Below, in pieces: positions 10,018-20,325 of a stretch of DNA of 64,000 bases; the stretch's first letter is position 1; every line of letters starts with the position of its first letter. Source of the DNA: Candidatus Woesearchaeota archaeon (lineage in GTDB: Archaea; Nanobdellota; Nanobdellia; Woesearchaeales; JAZDKJ01). A program made the translations under genes and the position numbers. The notes under the pieces were generated by a model, which worked only from the letters and a program-made list of their open reading frames with translations, had not been told where the DNA came from and made no database searches. The stretch covers positions 64,001-128,000 of the forward strand of contig JAZDKJ010000012.1 of assembly GCA_043803105.1 (NCBI GenBank). Direction: 5' to 3'.

Positions 10018-10464
10018 ATGCAAAATCGTCTGCGGCGAAAGGGTTGGTCATCAACTGATCTTGCCAAATTGGATAAATATTCTGTCAAGCGCCTGCATTT
10101 GTTTTGGATTGTAATTATTTCTGCAGTTCTGGTTAACATGGTTTTGGCCTTTGTTTTTATCCCTGTGTTTCTGGGTCTAAAGAATGTCCCAATGTTTGCT
10201 CTGGTTATTGCAACTGGTGTCTGCTTTGGCCTTTTGTTCTTCAACCTCTTGAGGAATGTCGATGTGTTTACTTATCGTCATCATCTCGCTGTCGCGATTG
10301 TGCCAGCATTTGCTGCAGTCTCAATTTTCTTCTCGAGCGAGATCGCCAATTCAGTTGCGCCACTTCTGCATAGCATCCGCCATTCATCTGTTATGCTCGG
10401 TTTGTTGTACGCCTTTAGCTTTGAGCTGCCCATTTTCATTGGCTTTCTTTACATCAAGGATTGA
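10018..10464 (+). CDS. Membrane protein (about 4 TM)
   Basis: Hydrophobic segments; N-terminal RLRRKGWS. Confidence 0.7.
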   Translation: MQNRLRRKGWSSTDLAKLDKYSVKRLHLFWIVIISAVLVNMVLAFVFIPVFLGLKNVPMFALVIATGVCFGLLFFNLLRNVDVFTYRHHLAVAIVPAFAAVSIFFSSEIANSVAPLLHSIRHSSVMLGLLYAFSFELPIFIGFLYIKD

Positions 10465-10505
10465 GCGCAATCTTTATAATCTGTTTTGTTTCTCGAGTCC
10501 TTTGT

Positions 10506-10684
10506 GGCGGCCATGGTGTATCCCGGCAGCATAAGGGACTGTGGCGCTTTGCATAGACATCCCTTGGAGCGGGTTCAAAGGAGCTGAAAAGTCAGCTCGC
10601 ACCTTCGTTCCACCTTCGGTGGAGTTGCCTGTTAGGCAACAGAGGTTGCAGAGCTTTTCAGATGTGAAAATCCCGCTGGCCGCC
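10506..10684 (+). tRNA. tRNA-His(GUG) with encoded G-1 and two introns: 37/38 (10545-10558) and 59/60 (10580-10670)
   Basis: Acceptor GCGGCCA/TGGCCGC, anticodon stem AGGGA/TCCCT, T-stem GCGGG/CCCGC; BHB-type pairing at both junctions. Confidence 0.9.
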
Positions 10685-10799
10685 CTCTTTACCACAACCT
10701 TTTTAAAGGACTGCCAGTTTTTTCAGGTTATAAGCCCGAGTGCAGTTGTCTGTGCGTCCTTAGGGCAAGCGTGATAGCTTGTTCTCGGCACTTTTGATA

Positions 10800-11285
10800 A
10801 TGGAACCCAACTTCAAGCACATTGTCCGTATCATCAATACTGACCTTAATGGCAACAAGCAGATTTTGTATGCCTTAAGGAAAATCAAGGGTGTTAATAC
10901 TGTCATGGCCAACGCAATTCTTTTTGCCGCAGGTATTGCCAAAGACAAGCGCACTGGTTTGTTAAGCGATATGGAGATTCGTACTATTGATGACGTCTTG
11001 AAAAATCCGGCAAAGCACAATCTTCCAAGCTGGCTCTACAATCGAAGAAAGGACCCTGAGACTGGTAATGACCGGTATCTTGTTGGTACTGATGTTGCTT
11101 TTGTCAAGGATAATGATATAAAGAAGATGAAGATGATTCGCTGTTACAAGGGCTTCCGCCATATGGCTGGTTTGCCTGCAAGGGGTCAGCGCACCAAGGC
11201 CAATTTCAGAAGGACTAAAAGCAGGGGCAAGGGCGGTAGTCTTGGTGTTGTGAAGCGCGCTGGCGCAAAGCAAGGTCGTGGTTGA
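10800..11285 (+). CDS. rps13: 30S ribosomal protein S13
   Basis: VRIINTDLNG, WLYNRRKD, GLPARGQRTK. Confidence 0.97.
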   Translation: MEPNFKHIVRIINTDLNGNKQILYALRKIKGVNTVMANAILFAAGIAKDKRTGLLSDMEIRTIDDVLKNPAKHNLPSWLYNRRKDPETGNDRYLVGTDVAFVKDNDIKKMKMIRCYKGFRHMAGLPARGQRTKANFRRTKSRGKGGSLGVVKRAGAKQGRG

Positions 11286-11287
11286 AA

Positions 11288-11872
11288 ATGGGAGACATAA
11301 AAAAGCAAAGGAAGAAGTTTGACAAGCCATTTCATCCCTGGCAGAAAGCCCGCCTTGATACTGAATCTGTTGTTGTCAAGGAGTATGCCTTGAAGAACAA
11401 GAAGGAGTTGTGGAAGATGCAGTCTAGGCTCAAGCATTTCACAAGTCAGGCAAAGAAGCTTACCCCTGGTTTGAGGGGGGAGACTGAAAGGAATCTTCTC
11501 TTGTCAAGCTTAAGAAACCTTGGTGTGGTCAGCGACTCCGCAACCATAGATGATGTCCTGAACCTTACGCTCAAGGATATTTTGGAAAAGAGGTTGCAGA
11601 CATTTGTCTTTCGTAAGGGCTTTTCTCGTTCGATGAAACAAGCACGCCAATTCATTGTGCACAAGCATGTAATGGTTGGCTCAAAGGTTGTTGGCGTGCC
11701 TTCCTATCTGGTCTTGAAATCAGAAGAGTCTGCGATTAGCTTCAGGGAATCCTCTGCACTCGCTTCAGTTGACCATCCAGAGCGCGTCGCAAAGACCGAG
11801 CCTAAAGAGAAAAAGGTCCAGCCTAAAAAGGAGCCTGTAAAGAGAAAGCCGAGGCAGGAGAAGAAACAATGA
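11288..11872 (+). CDS. rps4: 30S ribosomal protein S4
   Basis: [28 protein letters not shown]. Confidence 0.97.
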   Translation: MGDIKKQRKKFDKPFHPWQKARLDTESVVVKEYALKNKKELWKMQSRLKHFTSQAKKLTPGLRGETERNLLLSSLRNLGVVSDSATIDDVLNLTLKDILEKRLQTFVFRKGFSRSMKQARQFIVHKHVMVGSKVVGVPSYLVLKSEESAISFRESSALASVDHPERVAKTEPKEKKVQPKKEPVKRKPRQEKKQ

Positions 11873-12267
11873 GAACAGACAGTACTCGATGGGGTGTAGC
11901 TCACATTTATTCATCTTTCAATAATACTATTATCCATATTACTGATATTACAGGTACAGAAACCATAGCCAAGGCATCTGGCGGCATGATGGTTAAGGCT
12001 GACAGGATGGAATCAAGCCCTACCGCTGCAATGATGGCTGCAAAAAAGGCTGCTGAGGCTGCTCTTGAGAAAGGAATCAACGGAATTCATGTGAAGATTC
12101 GCGCTCCAGGAGGCCATAACGGCCCAAGCAGCCCAGGACCTGGTGCTCAAGCTGCGATCAGGGCGCTGTCTCGAATGGGTCTTCGCATTGGCACTATTGA
12201 GGATGTAACCACAATTCCTCATGATGGCTGTCGCAAGAAAGGGGGAAAAAGGGGGAGGAGAGTATGA
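11869..12267 (+). CDS. rps11: 30S ribosomal protein S11
   Basis: [30 protein letters not shown]. Confidence 0.98.
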   Translation: MRTDSTRWGVAHIYSSFNNTIIHITDITGTETIAKASGGMMVKADRMESSPTAAMMAAKKAAEAALEKGINGIHVKIRAPGGHNGPSSPGPGAQAAIRALSRMGLRIGTIEDVTTIPHDGCRKKGGKRGRRV

Positions 12268-13064
12268 TTGACATCTCTTTGCTTGATTATGACAAGAAGA
12301 ATGAGAAATGCTCTTTTTTGATTAAGGGAGCTGATTTTTCATTTGTTAACTCCATTAGGCGCTGCATTGTTGATTTTGTTCCCACCATGGCAATAGAGGA
12401 CGTTGAGTTTCACAAGAATAGTTCTGTGCTGTATGATGAGATTATTGCGCACAGGCTTGGGCTAATTCCCTTGGAGACTGATCTTAAGACTTATAATCTG
12501 CCAAGCAAGTGCAAGTGCAACGGCGCAGGATGTGCCAGGTGTACTCTAAAGCTTTCGCTTAAGGCAAAAGGCCCGGGTATCGCTGATGCCTCTCTATTGA
12601 AGTCCAAGGACCCTAAGGTCAAGCCTGTCTTTTCCGCCACCCCAATTGTCAAGCTGCTCAAAGGCCAGGAGCTTGAGTTTGAAGCAACTGCAGTCCTTGG
12701 TTTTGGAAAAGAGCATGCCAAGTGGTCTCCAGGTTTGGCTTACTACAAGAACAAGCCTGTCATCGAGATGTTGAAGAAGTGCGATAAGTGCGATATCTGT
12801 GTCAAGGATTGCCCGCAAAAGATTTTCGAGGTGAAGGGCAATAGCGTTGAATTGAACAAGGATAATGTTAACAAGTGTGACCTTTGTGGTGCGTGTTTTG
12901 AGCACTGCCCGAAGGGTGTCATACGCATTGGTGAAAAAGAGGATGAGTACATTTTTAACATCGAGTCTTGGGGTCAGCTCTCCTGCAAGGAGATTGTCAA
13001 GGAAGCTGCCGACTGTTTTGACAGCCTGCTCGATGATTTGCTTGATAAACTAAAAGAGATGTAG
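12264..13064 (+). CDS. rpoD: RNA polymerase subunit D (Rpo3) with 4Fe-4S ferredoxin-like domain
   Basis: [20 protein letters not shown], two CxxCxxCxxxCP motifs. Confidence 0.96.
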   Translation: MIDISLLDYDKKNEKCSFLIKGADFSFVNSIRRCIVDFVPTMAIEDVEFHKNSSVLYDEIIAHRLGLIPLETDLKTYNLPSKCKCNGAGCARCTLKLSLKAKGPGIADASLLKSKDPKVKPVFSATPIVKLLKGQELEFEATAVLGFGKEHAKWSPGLAYYKNKPVIEMLKKCDKCDICVKDCPQKIFEVKGNSVELNKDNVNKCDLCGACFEHCPKGVIRIGEKEDEYIFNIESWGQLSCKEIVKEAADCFDSLLDDLLDKLKEM

Positions 13065-13067
13065 TTT

Positions 13068-13165
13068 GCGAGGGTGCCGGAGTGGCCAAACGGGCTAGGT
13101 TGAGGTTTGGTTAGCAAAAGCCTAGTGGCTTAGTGCCTGCGCGAGTTCGAACCTCGTCCCTCGCA
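13068..13165 (+). tRNA. tRNA-Leu(GAG) with 14-nt intron at 37/38 (13106-13119)
   Basis: Acceptor GCGAGGG/CCCTCGC, anticodon stem CTAGG/CCTAG, long variable arm, TTCGAAC loop. Confidence 0.92.
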
Positions 13166-13261
13166 TAATGGGTGTTTCGCCTGGGGCGAAGCGGCCACTG
13201 AAAGTGGCCTGAAGGTGTCAACGGACTTGGCCGTTGGTTCCCGAACCTCGTCCCTCGCATA
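13148..13261 (+). repeat. 20-bp direct repeat of the tRNA-Leu 3' end (13148-13167, 13242-13261) flanking a 74-bp triple-hairpin element
   Basis: CGAACCTCGTCCCTCGCATA twice; hairpins TTCGCC/GGCGAA, GGCCAC/GTGGCC, CAACGG/CCGTTG. Confidence 0.9.
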
Positions 13262-13266
13262 GCAAG

Positions 13267-13809
13267 ATGGAAATCGTTTTGAAACCGAATGTCACGAAAA
13301 TATTGGTGTGGAGTATAATGAAAACCTTGAGCGGAACAATTGTGATTGTTGGTCTGGTTGCCTTAGTTGTCTACATGGGAGGCTTTGGTTTCCCTGCAGC
13401 AATAGAATACCTAAGCTCCAGCATTGGACTCTCAAAGCTAGTTCAAGGTCTAGTGCTTGCATTCTCATTGGTTACCATTTTGATTATTGCGCTTACCTTT
13501 CTTGGTCTTCCAACCAGGAAGGTTATTGCTTCTGATGTTAAGCTCAAGGCTGACAATCGTGACGTGCCTTACGATAATGTGGCAAGGATCAACTTTGACA
13601 GGACGAATCTTCTTGATCAGCTTCTTGGCACAGGACGCGTGGTTTTTGAATTGACAGGCTTTGACAGGCAGAAGATTGAGGTTGGTTTTGTTGACAATCC
13701 AAAGGACCTTACCATAAAGATTCAGCAGTTGTTGAACATTTTCAAGATGAGAAAGTTTGCCCAGTTTGCAGACCAGCAAAGGATTGAGAGGATAGTGCAA
13801 GACTTTTAA
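13267..13809 (+). CDS. Membrane protein with bacterial PH-like domain
   Basis: Two TM helices followed by LLDQLLGTGRV (bPH-like pattern). Confidence 0.65.
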   Translation: MEIVLKPNVTKILVWSIMKTLSGTIVIVGLVALVVYMGGFGFPAAIEYLSSSIGLSKLVQGLVLAFSLVTILIIALTFLGLPTRKVIASDVKLKADNRDVPYDNVARINFDRTNLLDQLLGTGRVVFELTGFDRQKIEVGFVDNPKDLTIKIQQLLNIFKMRKFAQFADQQRIERIVQDF

Positions 13810-13810
13810 C

Positions 13811-14173
13811 ATGAAACGTACCGGACCTTCAAACCCTGAACTGCAGAAGCTTATCATAGACTTGAGAAGGATTTCCCACAAGGAGAATTCTGATATATGG
13901 ACTAGGATTGCCTCTGACCTTCAGAAGTCCACAAGGTCAAGGCGTGTTGTAAATCTCTCCCGTATTAACCGCTATTCATCTGACAATGATACTGTCATTG
14001 TTCCTGGCAAGGTGCTTTCTTCAGGCAGCTTAAGCCACAAAGTGCATGTTGCAGCCTTTTCTTTTTCAGCCGCAGCCCGCGAGTCCATATTGTCTAGCAA
14101 GGGCTCTGCCTTGTCTATCCAGGAACTGATCAAGCAGAATCCCAAGGGCAAGAATGTGAGGATTATAGGATGA
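13811..14173 (+). CDS. rpl18e: 50S ribosomal protein L18e
   Basis: VNLSRINR, VIVPGKVLSSG, NPKGKNVRII. Confidence 0.96.
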   Translation: MKRTGPSNPELQKLIIDLRRISHKENSDIWTRIASDLQKSTRSRRVVNLSRINRYSSDNDTVIVPGKVLSSGSLSHKVHVAAFSFSAAARESILSSKGSALSIQELIKQNPKGKNVRIIG

Positions 14174-14583
14174 AGATCGACGCAGAAAATCTCTTGCTGG
14201 GAAGGTTTGCCGCACGTGCTGCAAAGTCTGCCTTGCTCGGAGAGGATGTGCAGATAATTAACTGCGACAAGGCAGTGGTGAGCGGCCGCAGGCTTTACGT
14301 GTTCCAGCAATACTTGAGGAGAAAAAGGATGGGAACTCACAGGAAAGGCCCATTTTACTTCACAGCTCCTGACCGGTTTGTCAAGAGGACCATTAGGGGA
14401 ATGCTACCTCATCGTCAGGAAAAAGGCAGGCTTGCCTTAAAGCGAATAATGTGCTATTCAGGCGTTCCAGTCTCTATGAAGAAGGAAGATTTTCATGCTG
14501 TTAAATCTGCCCACGTGGCTAAGCTTAACAGCACTAAGTTTGTGTCTGTCAGGCAGATATGCTCTGCCATGGGTGGAAAATGA
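14170..14583 (+). CDS. rpl13: 50S ribosomal protein L13
   Basis: IDAENLLLGR, KRTIRGMLP. Confidence 0.96.
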   Translation: MKIDAENLLLGRFAARAAKSALLGEDVQIINCDKAVVSGRRLYVFQQYLRRKRMGTHRKGPFYFTAPDRFVKRTIRGMLPHRQEKGRLALKRIMCYSGVPVSMKKEDFHAVKSAHVAKLNSTKFVSVRQICSAMGGK

Positions 14584-14975
14584 AGACTATTCATGTTTCA
14601 GGCAAAAGGAAGAGCGCAATCGCGCGCGCAACATTGAACGAAGGCAATGGCTCTGTCAGGGTCAACCACCTGATGGTTGATGTGTTCGAGCCTGAAGTCT
14701 GCAGGATGAAGCTCTTTGAGCCCTTGCTGCTTGCCGGCGACACTGTAAAGAAGGTCAATATTGATGTTGTTGTCTTTGGTGGAGGCATGACAAGTCAGGC
14801 TGAGGCAGCGCGCCTTGCCATTGCCCGTGCACTGTCAGCTTATGACAAGAAGTTAGAGGATGTGTTCTCGAAATATGACAGGCATCTTCTGGTTGCTGAT
14901 GTCAGGAGAAAGGAGACCCACAAGCCTAATCGTCATGGCAAGGCTCGTGCAAAGACCCAGAAGTCTTACCGTTAA
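14580..14975 (+). CDS. rps9: 30S ribosomal protein S9
   Basis: SGKRKSAIARA, GGGMTSQAEA, ARAKTQKSYR. Confidence 0.97.
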   Translation: MKTIHVSGKRKSAIARATLNEGNGSVRVNHLMVDVFEPEVCRMKLFEPLLLAGDTVKKVNIDVVVFGGGMTSQAEAARLAIARALSAYDKKLEDVFSKYDRHLLVADVRRKETHKPNRHGKARAKTQKSYR

Positions 14976-14996
14976 TCAATAACTATAAAAACACAG

Positions 14997-16355
14997 ATGC
15001 CTCTTGTGCCTCTGATGAAGGTAAGCGATTTAACAACTAATCCTAGGAAGGCCCTGTTGATTCTTAGCTGGCCAATTGTTGTCAGTATGCTTATCCAGGT
15101 TATGTACAACATTGTTGATACTGCTTTTGTTGGCCGCCTTGGTTCTGATGCAATCGCTGCCTTGACATTTGCCTTTCCTCTTTTCATACTGATGGTTGCC
15201 ATTACCTCAGGTCTTGGTGCTGGCTACAATGCATTGATTTCTCGCTTTGTAGGCTCAAAGAAAGTCAAGAGCGCTCAGAATGCTGCTTTGCATGCATTGC
15301 TTATTTCTATTGTAGCTTCCATCATTTTCGCTTTCTTAGGCCTTATTTTTTTGCGGCCGTTGTTCATGTTTTTTGGTGCAAAGGGTAATGTTCTCGAGCT
15401 AGGTATTGCCTTTATGAGCATCATATTTGCTTTTAGCCCGCTGATGTTTGTTTCCTACGCGATTACATCTTTTTTCACTGCTGTCGGTGATACAAAGACC
15501 TCCATGAAGATTCAGGTCACCTCCCTTGTTGTAAATATTATCCTTGACCCAATTCTTATCTTTGGCCTTCACCTTGGTGTCAGGGGTGCAGCCCTTGCCA
15601 CAGCTGCAGCTTACCTGGTGTCTCTGGGCCTTGGGATCTATTTTTCCTACTGCAAGTCCTGCAAGGAAAAGAATCTTGTGAGGCTACGCGTTGCCAGCTG
15701 GAGTTTCTCCCCATCAATTCTGAAAAGTATTTTTATTGTCGGCTTTCCCGCCACGCTGATGAACTTTATCCTTTCTGTCTATGTTGTCATTATCAACATG
15801 TTCATGTCGCATTTTGGCACTGATTATGTTGCAGCCTTTGGTCTTGGCTCAAGGCTTGAGAGTCTTGCTGTTCTTCCATTTGTTGGTGTCAGTTTTTCCA
15901 TGCTTACACTTGTTGCAATGTTTATTGGTGCTAAGAAGCATAAGGAGCTCAAGAATTTTGTGTGGTATGGGATTCGCATCTCAGTGATTCTTTCTTCTGC
16001 GATAGGTGTTGTCTTCTTTTTTTTATCTGGCTTCTTTTTCAGGATTTTTACCTCTGATCCAGTGCTTATCTCCCTCTCCACTGCTTACATGCGAATTGAC
16101 GTCCTGACCTTTCCACTCATGGCCATTGGCTTCACAGTTGCTAGGATTATTCAGGCTATGGGTGACGGTTTTGCAGGCTTGGTTGTAACCTTGACCCGGG
16201 TCTTGTTTGTTTTTGTGCCCGTTTCCTACTTTTTTGTTTTTGTGCTAGGTTATGGGTTCTTGAGCGTAGCCTTCTCTATGGTGATAGGAGGTATTGTCTC
16301 AAATATTGTTGGTCTTATTTGGTTAAGGAAGAAGATGAAGGGTTTTGACCATTAG
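14997..16355 (+). CDS. MATE family efflux transporter
   Basis: [29 protein letters not shown]; about 12 TM. Confidence 0.93.
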   Translation: MPLVPLMKVSDLTTNPRKALLILSWPIVVSMLIQVMYNIVDTAFVGRLGSDAIAALTFAFPLFILMVAITSGLGAGYNALISRFVGSKKVKSAQNAALHALLISIVASIIFAFLGLIFLRPLFMFFGAKGNVLELGIAFMSIIFAFSPLMFVSYAITSFFTAVGDTKTSMKIQVTSLVVNIILDPILIFGLHLGVRGAALATAAAYLVSLGLGIYFSYCKSCKEKNLVRLRVASWSFSPSILKSIFIVGFPATLMNFILSVYVVIINMFMSHFGTDYVAAFGLGSRLESLAVLPFVGVSFSMLTLVAMFIGAKKHKELKNFVWYGIRISVILSSAIGVVFFFLSGFFFRIFTSDPVLISLSTAYMRIDVLTFPLMAIGFTVARIIQAMGDGFAGLVVTLTRVLFVFVPVSYFFVFVLGYGFLSVAFSMVIGGIVSNIVGLIWLRKKMKGFDH

Positions 16356-17106
16356 CCTTGTAAGCTATGAGGAACCAGTCCCACATCTTGTTCTCTCCTG
16401 GAAAGTCGTCGTGGCTGCTTATCTCCTGTCCCCATGGGTAAAGCACCTTTCGAAATTTTATTTTCGAGAATCCTGCTTTTTTCAATAGATAAATCAATTC
16501 GAACTTGTAGAAGTATTTTTGCTCTTGGTTTGGCTCTTCAGCGTAGATGCCTCTTATGAAGTCATATTTTTGCTCCTCAAATATCTCTCCAGTTTTTTTT
16601 CGTGCAGCCTTCTCCCCCATGCTTCCTAGTTCCCTGTTCATTATGAGCATTGACAGGTATATGAGTGACTCCATTGACGGGAATATTGCCACAAGGTAGC
16701 CTCCTTTTTTTAGTGAGTTGTACACCTGTGCAAGCATTTGTCTTACGTCGCTCACTGATGGCCCGAGTATTGAGTTGATTGCAACAACCACATCAAACTG
16801 TTCCTCACACCCTGACAGGTTTTTCATATCCTTGCTTGCAAACACTATGTTCTCCTGCTGGTTGTTTTTCCTTGCTATCTCAAGCATCTTGCTCGAGAAA
16901 TCTATTGCGTGCACCTGTTTGAAATTCTCTGACAAAAAGCCCAGTTGTTCTCCTGTCCCGCATCCAAGGTCTGCTATCACCTTGTTTTTTGTCTCAGGTA
17001 TGCTGAGAAGAATGCCCTTTATCGGGTTCTTTACCCCTTCCTGGAATGGGCTTATGATCTCTTCATGGTATTTTGAAGCCACCTTGTCCCATTCTCTGCG
17101 AAGCAT
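16315..17106 (-). CDS. Class I SAM-dependent methyltransferase
   Basis: [23 protein letters not shown]. Confidence 0.88.
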   Translation of the reverse strand: MLRREWDKVASKYHEEIISPFQEGVKNPIKGILLSIPETKNKVIADLGCGTGEQLGFLSENFKQVHAIDFSSKMLEIARKNNQQENIVFASKDMKNLSGCEEQFDVVVAINSILGPSVSDVRQMLAQVYNSLKKGGYLVAIFPSMESLIYLSMLIMNRELGSMGEKAARKKTGEIFEEQKYDFIRGIYAEEPNQEQKYFYKFELIYLLKKAGFSKIKFRKVLYPWGQEISSHDDFPGENKMWDWFLIAYKANGQNPSSSSLTK

Positions 17107-17211
17107 TATTGCAACTGAAACGGCATCATATAAATCTCTTTCCTTTAATTACTGTTGTTTTGTTGTGGACTCGTAACCTTTATAAACCCGCCACCAATCC
17201 TGTGCTCTGTA

Positions 17212-17409
17212 ATGATTATACCCATTAGATGCTGGAGTTGCGGTAAGCCTGTAGCACATCTTTGGGAGATCTACAAGGAGCGTGTCGCAAAGGGTGAGGA
17301 AAGAAAGAAGGTTCTTGATGATCTTGGCCTTGAGCGTTATTGCTGCAGGGCAACCTTCCTTGGCCAGATTGACTTGATTGATACTGCAGCCCAGTTCAAG
17401 AAGTTTTGA
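17212..17409 (+). CDS. rpoN: RNA polymerase subunit N (Rpo10)
   Basis: MIIPIRCWSCGK, LERYCCR. Confidence 0.97.
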   Translation: MIIPIRCWSCGKPVAHLWEIYKERVAKGEERKKVLDDLGLERYCCRATFLGQIDLIDTAAQFKKF

Positions 17410-17411
17410 AA

Positions 17412-17618
17412 ATGAGCAATCACGTTTTTATCAGGGATTTTCAGAGGGGTGGCTCAAGAAGCGAGCACACTCCAAGAGGAAGGGCATCCAGGCCAAAGAC
17501 TTTCAAGACTGAGGATGCAGCAAATAAGTGGGCAGAGCAAAAAGGCTTGAAGAATTTTACACTTGTTAACCTAAAGAATGAGGAATCCTCAACCAAGGAG
17601 ATCAAGGTTGTTTCCTGA
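17412..17618 (+). CDS. Small basic hypothetical protein
   Basis: 68-aa ORF immediately after rpoN. Confidence 0.6.
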   Translation: MSNHVFIRDFQRGGSRSEHTPRGRASRPKTFKTEDAANKWAEQKGLKNFTLVNLKNEESSTKEIKVVS

Positions 17619-17688
17619 TCATCTCTTTCTTCTCTATAAATACTTTTGTAAGACAACTTTTAAAAATCCTTGTCAATTATCCTCTCTT

Positions 17689-20325
17689 ATGCCTGACTTT
17701 AACTCTATTGCCGCAAAGTGGCAGAGGAAATGGGAAGAATCAAAGGTCTTTCAGGTAAAGGAGGATCCAAAGAAAAAAAAGTACTATGTCTTGGAGATGT
17801 ATCCTTATCCGAGCGCTTCAGGCCTTCATCTAGGCCATTCACGGAACTACGTTATTGGTGATGTCTTTGCCCGTTTTAAGCGGATGAATGGTTTCAATGT
17901 TCTTTATCCGATGGGTTATGATAGTTTTGGCCTCCCTGCAGAGAATGCTGCAATAAATGCGAGGTCTCATCCAAAGGTCTTCACTGATACTGCCATAAAG
18001 AATTATATTCGCCAGCAGCACGAGCTCGGCTGTAGCTATGATTGGTCAAGGGTGCTTATGTCCCATGATCCTAATTATTATAAGTGGGACCAATGGATTT
18101 TTCTCAAGATGTTTGAGAAAGGTCTTGTCTACAAGAAAAAGTCTGCTGTGAACTGGTGCCCCAAGTGTAAGACTGTTTTGGCAAATGAGCAGGTTCATTC
18201 TGGAAAGTGTTGGCGCCATACTGATACTGATGTTGAGCTTAAGGACCTTGAGCAGTGGTTCATCAAGATAACCAATTATGCTGAGGAGCTCTTGAATGAT
18301 ATTGACAAACTTACTGAATGGCCCGAGGATGTCAAGATCATGCAGCGAAACTGGATAGGAAAGAGCATGGGCACTCTGATTGATTTCAAGATTGAAAGTT
18401 CTGACAAAGTGCTCACTGTTTTTACCACCCGGCCAGATACCCTATTTGGTATCACCTATCTTGTCTATGCCCCAGAGCATCCTGATGTTTTGGATCTTGT
18501 CAAGGGAACCAAGCTTGAAGAGCCTGTCAAAAAATTCATCAAGAAGGTTGTTCAGGAAGACAGATTTACTCGTACTGCTGAGGACAAGGAAAAGGAAGGA
18601 CTATTCATCGGAAGATACGCAATCCATCCTGTCACAAATGATAAGATTCCCATATACATTGCAAACTTTGTGCTTTATGAATATGGCACTGGAGCGATTA
18701 TCGCAGTTCCCGCTCATGACCAACGCGACTTTGATTTTGCCAAGAAGTTCAAGATTCCAATAAAAGTTGTGATAAATCCTCCTGATTTTGATTTATCTGT
18801 AGATAAGATGTCTCGTGCATATGTTAGCGATGGTACAATGGTCAATTCTGGTGATTTCAACGGTACGAATAACCGTGATGCGATCGGGGAAATTACCCTT
18901 TTCCTGGAAAAGATTGGTCATGGCAGAAAGACTGTCCAGTATAAATTGCGTGACTGGCTCATTTCAAGGCAACGGTTCTGGGGTTGTCCTATACCTCTCA
19001 TTTATTGCGACAAGCATGGTGTTGTGCCTGTGCCTGAAAAGGACTTGCCTGTGATTTTACCTGAGGATTTCAAATTTACCATTGGTGAAGGAAATCCCCT
19101 TGAGCACTGCGAGGAGTTCGTGCACACAAAATGCCCGAAGTGCGGTTCTCCTGCCCAGCGCGAAACAGATACCATGGACACTTTCATGGACTCTTCCTGG
19201 TATTTCCTTCGCTTTTGTGACCCTCATAGTGATAAGTTGCCATTTGACCCAAAAAAGTCTGCCTACTGGATGCCTATTGATGCCTATATTGGCGGTAGGG
19301 AGCATGCCACTATGCACCTAATCTACTTTAGGTTTGTTACAAAGTTCTTGCGTGATATAGGCTTGTGTAGCTTTGACGAGCCTGCCAAGAGGCTTTTCAA
19401 TCAGGGCATGCTCCATAAGGGAGGCTCTGTCATGAGCAAGAGTAAGGGCAATGTTGTGACTCAGGAGGAGATTGCCAAGAGGTTTGGCATCGATACTGCA
19501 AGGTTTTTCATGATGTTTGTTGCCTCGCCAGATAAGGACATGGAGTGGGACGACAAGGGTGTTGAAGGCTCCTTCCGCTTTTTGAACAAGCTTTATTTCC
19601 TTGTTGCAGAAAAAGCTTCCGTGCCTGATGCTTTTAAAAACCAGGAAAGCACGCTTCACAAGACCATAAAGGACGTGACTTATTGTATCGAAAATTTCAG
19701 GTACAACCAAGCTCTCATCGCACTGATGCAATTGACTAATTATCTTGCGTCGCAAGAAAAGGTAAGTAAGAATGCCTTAGAAAAGCTTATCATAATGCTG
19801 TCTCCATTTGTGCCGCATATTTGCGAAGAGCTCTGGGAGCATTTGGGCAATAAGCCTTTTGTCTCGCTCGAAAAGTGGCCTTCCTATGATGAGTCCAAGA
19901 TTGACCTTGAATTAGAGGCTCAAGAGTCCATGGTTGAGCAGACTGTCAAGGATGTGTTGGCTGTTCTTGAGCTTGCAAAGATTTCTGAGCCGAAAAGCAT
20001 CACTCTTTTTGTTGCAGAGAAGTGGAAGTTCGATTTTTTCAAGAGGTTAAAGTCCGAGCTGGAAAAGACCCATGATGTAAGTGCCTTGATAAAGGCAGTC
20101 ATGGACAAGTCTCATTCCAAGGAGATAAGTCAGCTTGTTCCTCGCATTGTCAAGGATTTGGGCAAGATGCCTGCCTTGGTCCTTGATCAGAAAACTGAGA
20201 TTTATGCGCTCGCAGGATTAGAATCCAGGTTTAAGGCTCCTGTACAGGTTGTTGCAGCAGACAACTCAACAGAGAATAAGGCGCGTCAGGCATTGCCTGG
20301 AAAGCCCGCAATTATTGTTCATTAG
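17689..20325 (+). CDS. leuS: Leucine--tRNA ligase (bacterial-type core)
   Basis: MYPYPS...HLGH, FTTRPDTLFG, DWLISRQRFWG, MSKSKGN. Confidence 0.97.
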   Translation: MPDFNSIAAKWQRKWEESKVFQVKEDPKKKKYYVLEMYPYPSASGLHLGHSRNYVIGDVFARFKRMNGFNVLYPMGYDSFGLPAENAAINARSHPKVFTDTAIKNYIRQQHELGCSYDWSRVLMSHDPNYYKWDQWIFLKMFEKGLVYKKKSAVNWCPKCKTVLANEQVHSGKCWRHTDTDVELKDLEQWFIKITNYAEELLNDIDKLTEWPEDVKIMQRNWIGKSMGTLIDFKIESSDKVLTVFTTRPDTLFGITYLVYAPEHPDVLDLVKGTKLEEPVKKFIKKVVQEDRFTRTAEDKEKEGLFIGRYAIHPVTNDKIPIYIANFVLYEYGTGAIIAVPAHDQRDFDFAKKFKIPIKVVINPPDFDLSVDKMSRAYVSDGTMVNSGDFNGTNNRDAIGEITLFLEKIGHGRKTVQYKLRDWLISRQRFWGCPIPLIYCDKHGVVPVPEKDLPVILPEDFKFTIGEGNPLEHCEEFVHTKCPKCGSPAQRETDTMDTFMDSSWYFLRFCDPHSDKLPFDPKKSAYWMPIDAYIGGREHATMHLIYFRFVTKFLRDIGLCSFDEPAKRLFNQGMLHKGGSVMSKSKGNVVTQEEIAKRFGIDTARFFMMFVASPDKDMEWDDKGVEGSFRFLNKLYFLVAEKASVPDAFKNQESTLHKTIKDVTYCIENFRYNQALIALMQLTNYLASQEKVSKNALEKLIIMLSPFVPHICEELWEHLGNKPFVSLEKWPSYDESKIDLELEAQESMVEQTVKDVLAVLELAKISEPKSITLFVAEKWKFDFFKRLKSELEKTHDVSALIKAVMDKSHSKEISQLVPRIVKDLGKMPALVLDQKTEIYALAGLESRFKAPVQVVAADNSTENKARQALPGKPAIIVH

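Noticed and set aside
10474-10774. Short ORFs of 73-77 aa upstream of rps13
   Set aside because: They overlap the intron-containing tRNA-His
13148-13245. Reading the tRNA-Leu duplication as a spliceable T-loop intron
   Set aside because: The 3' junction lacks the bulge needed for BHB cleavage in register, and the upstream copy already gives a complete tRNA
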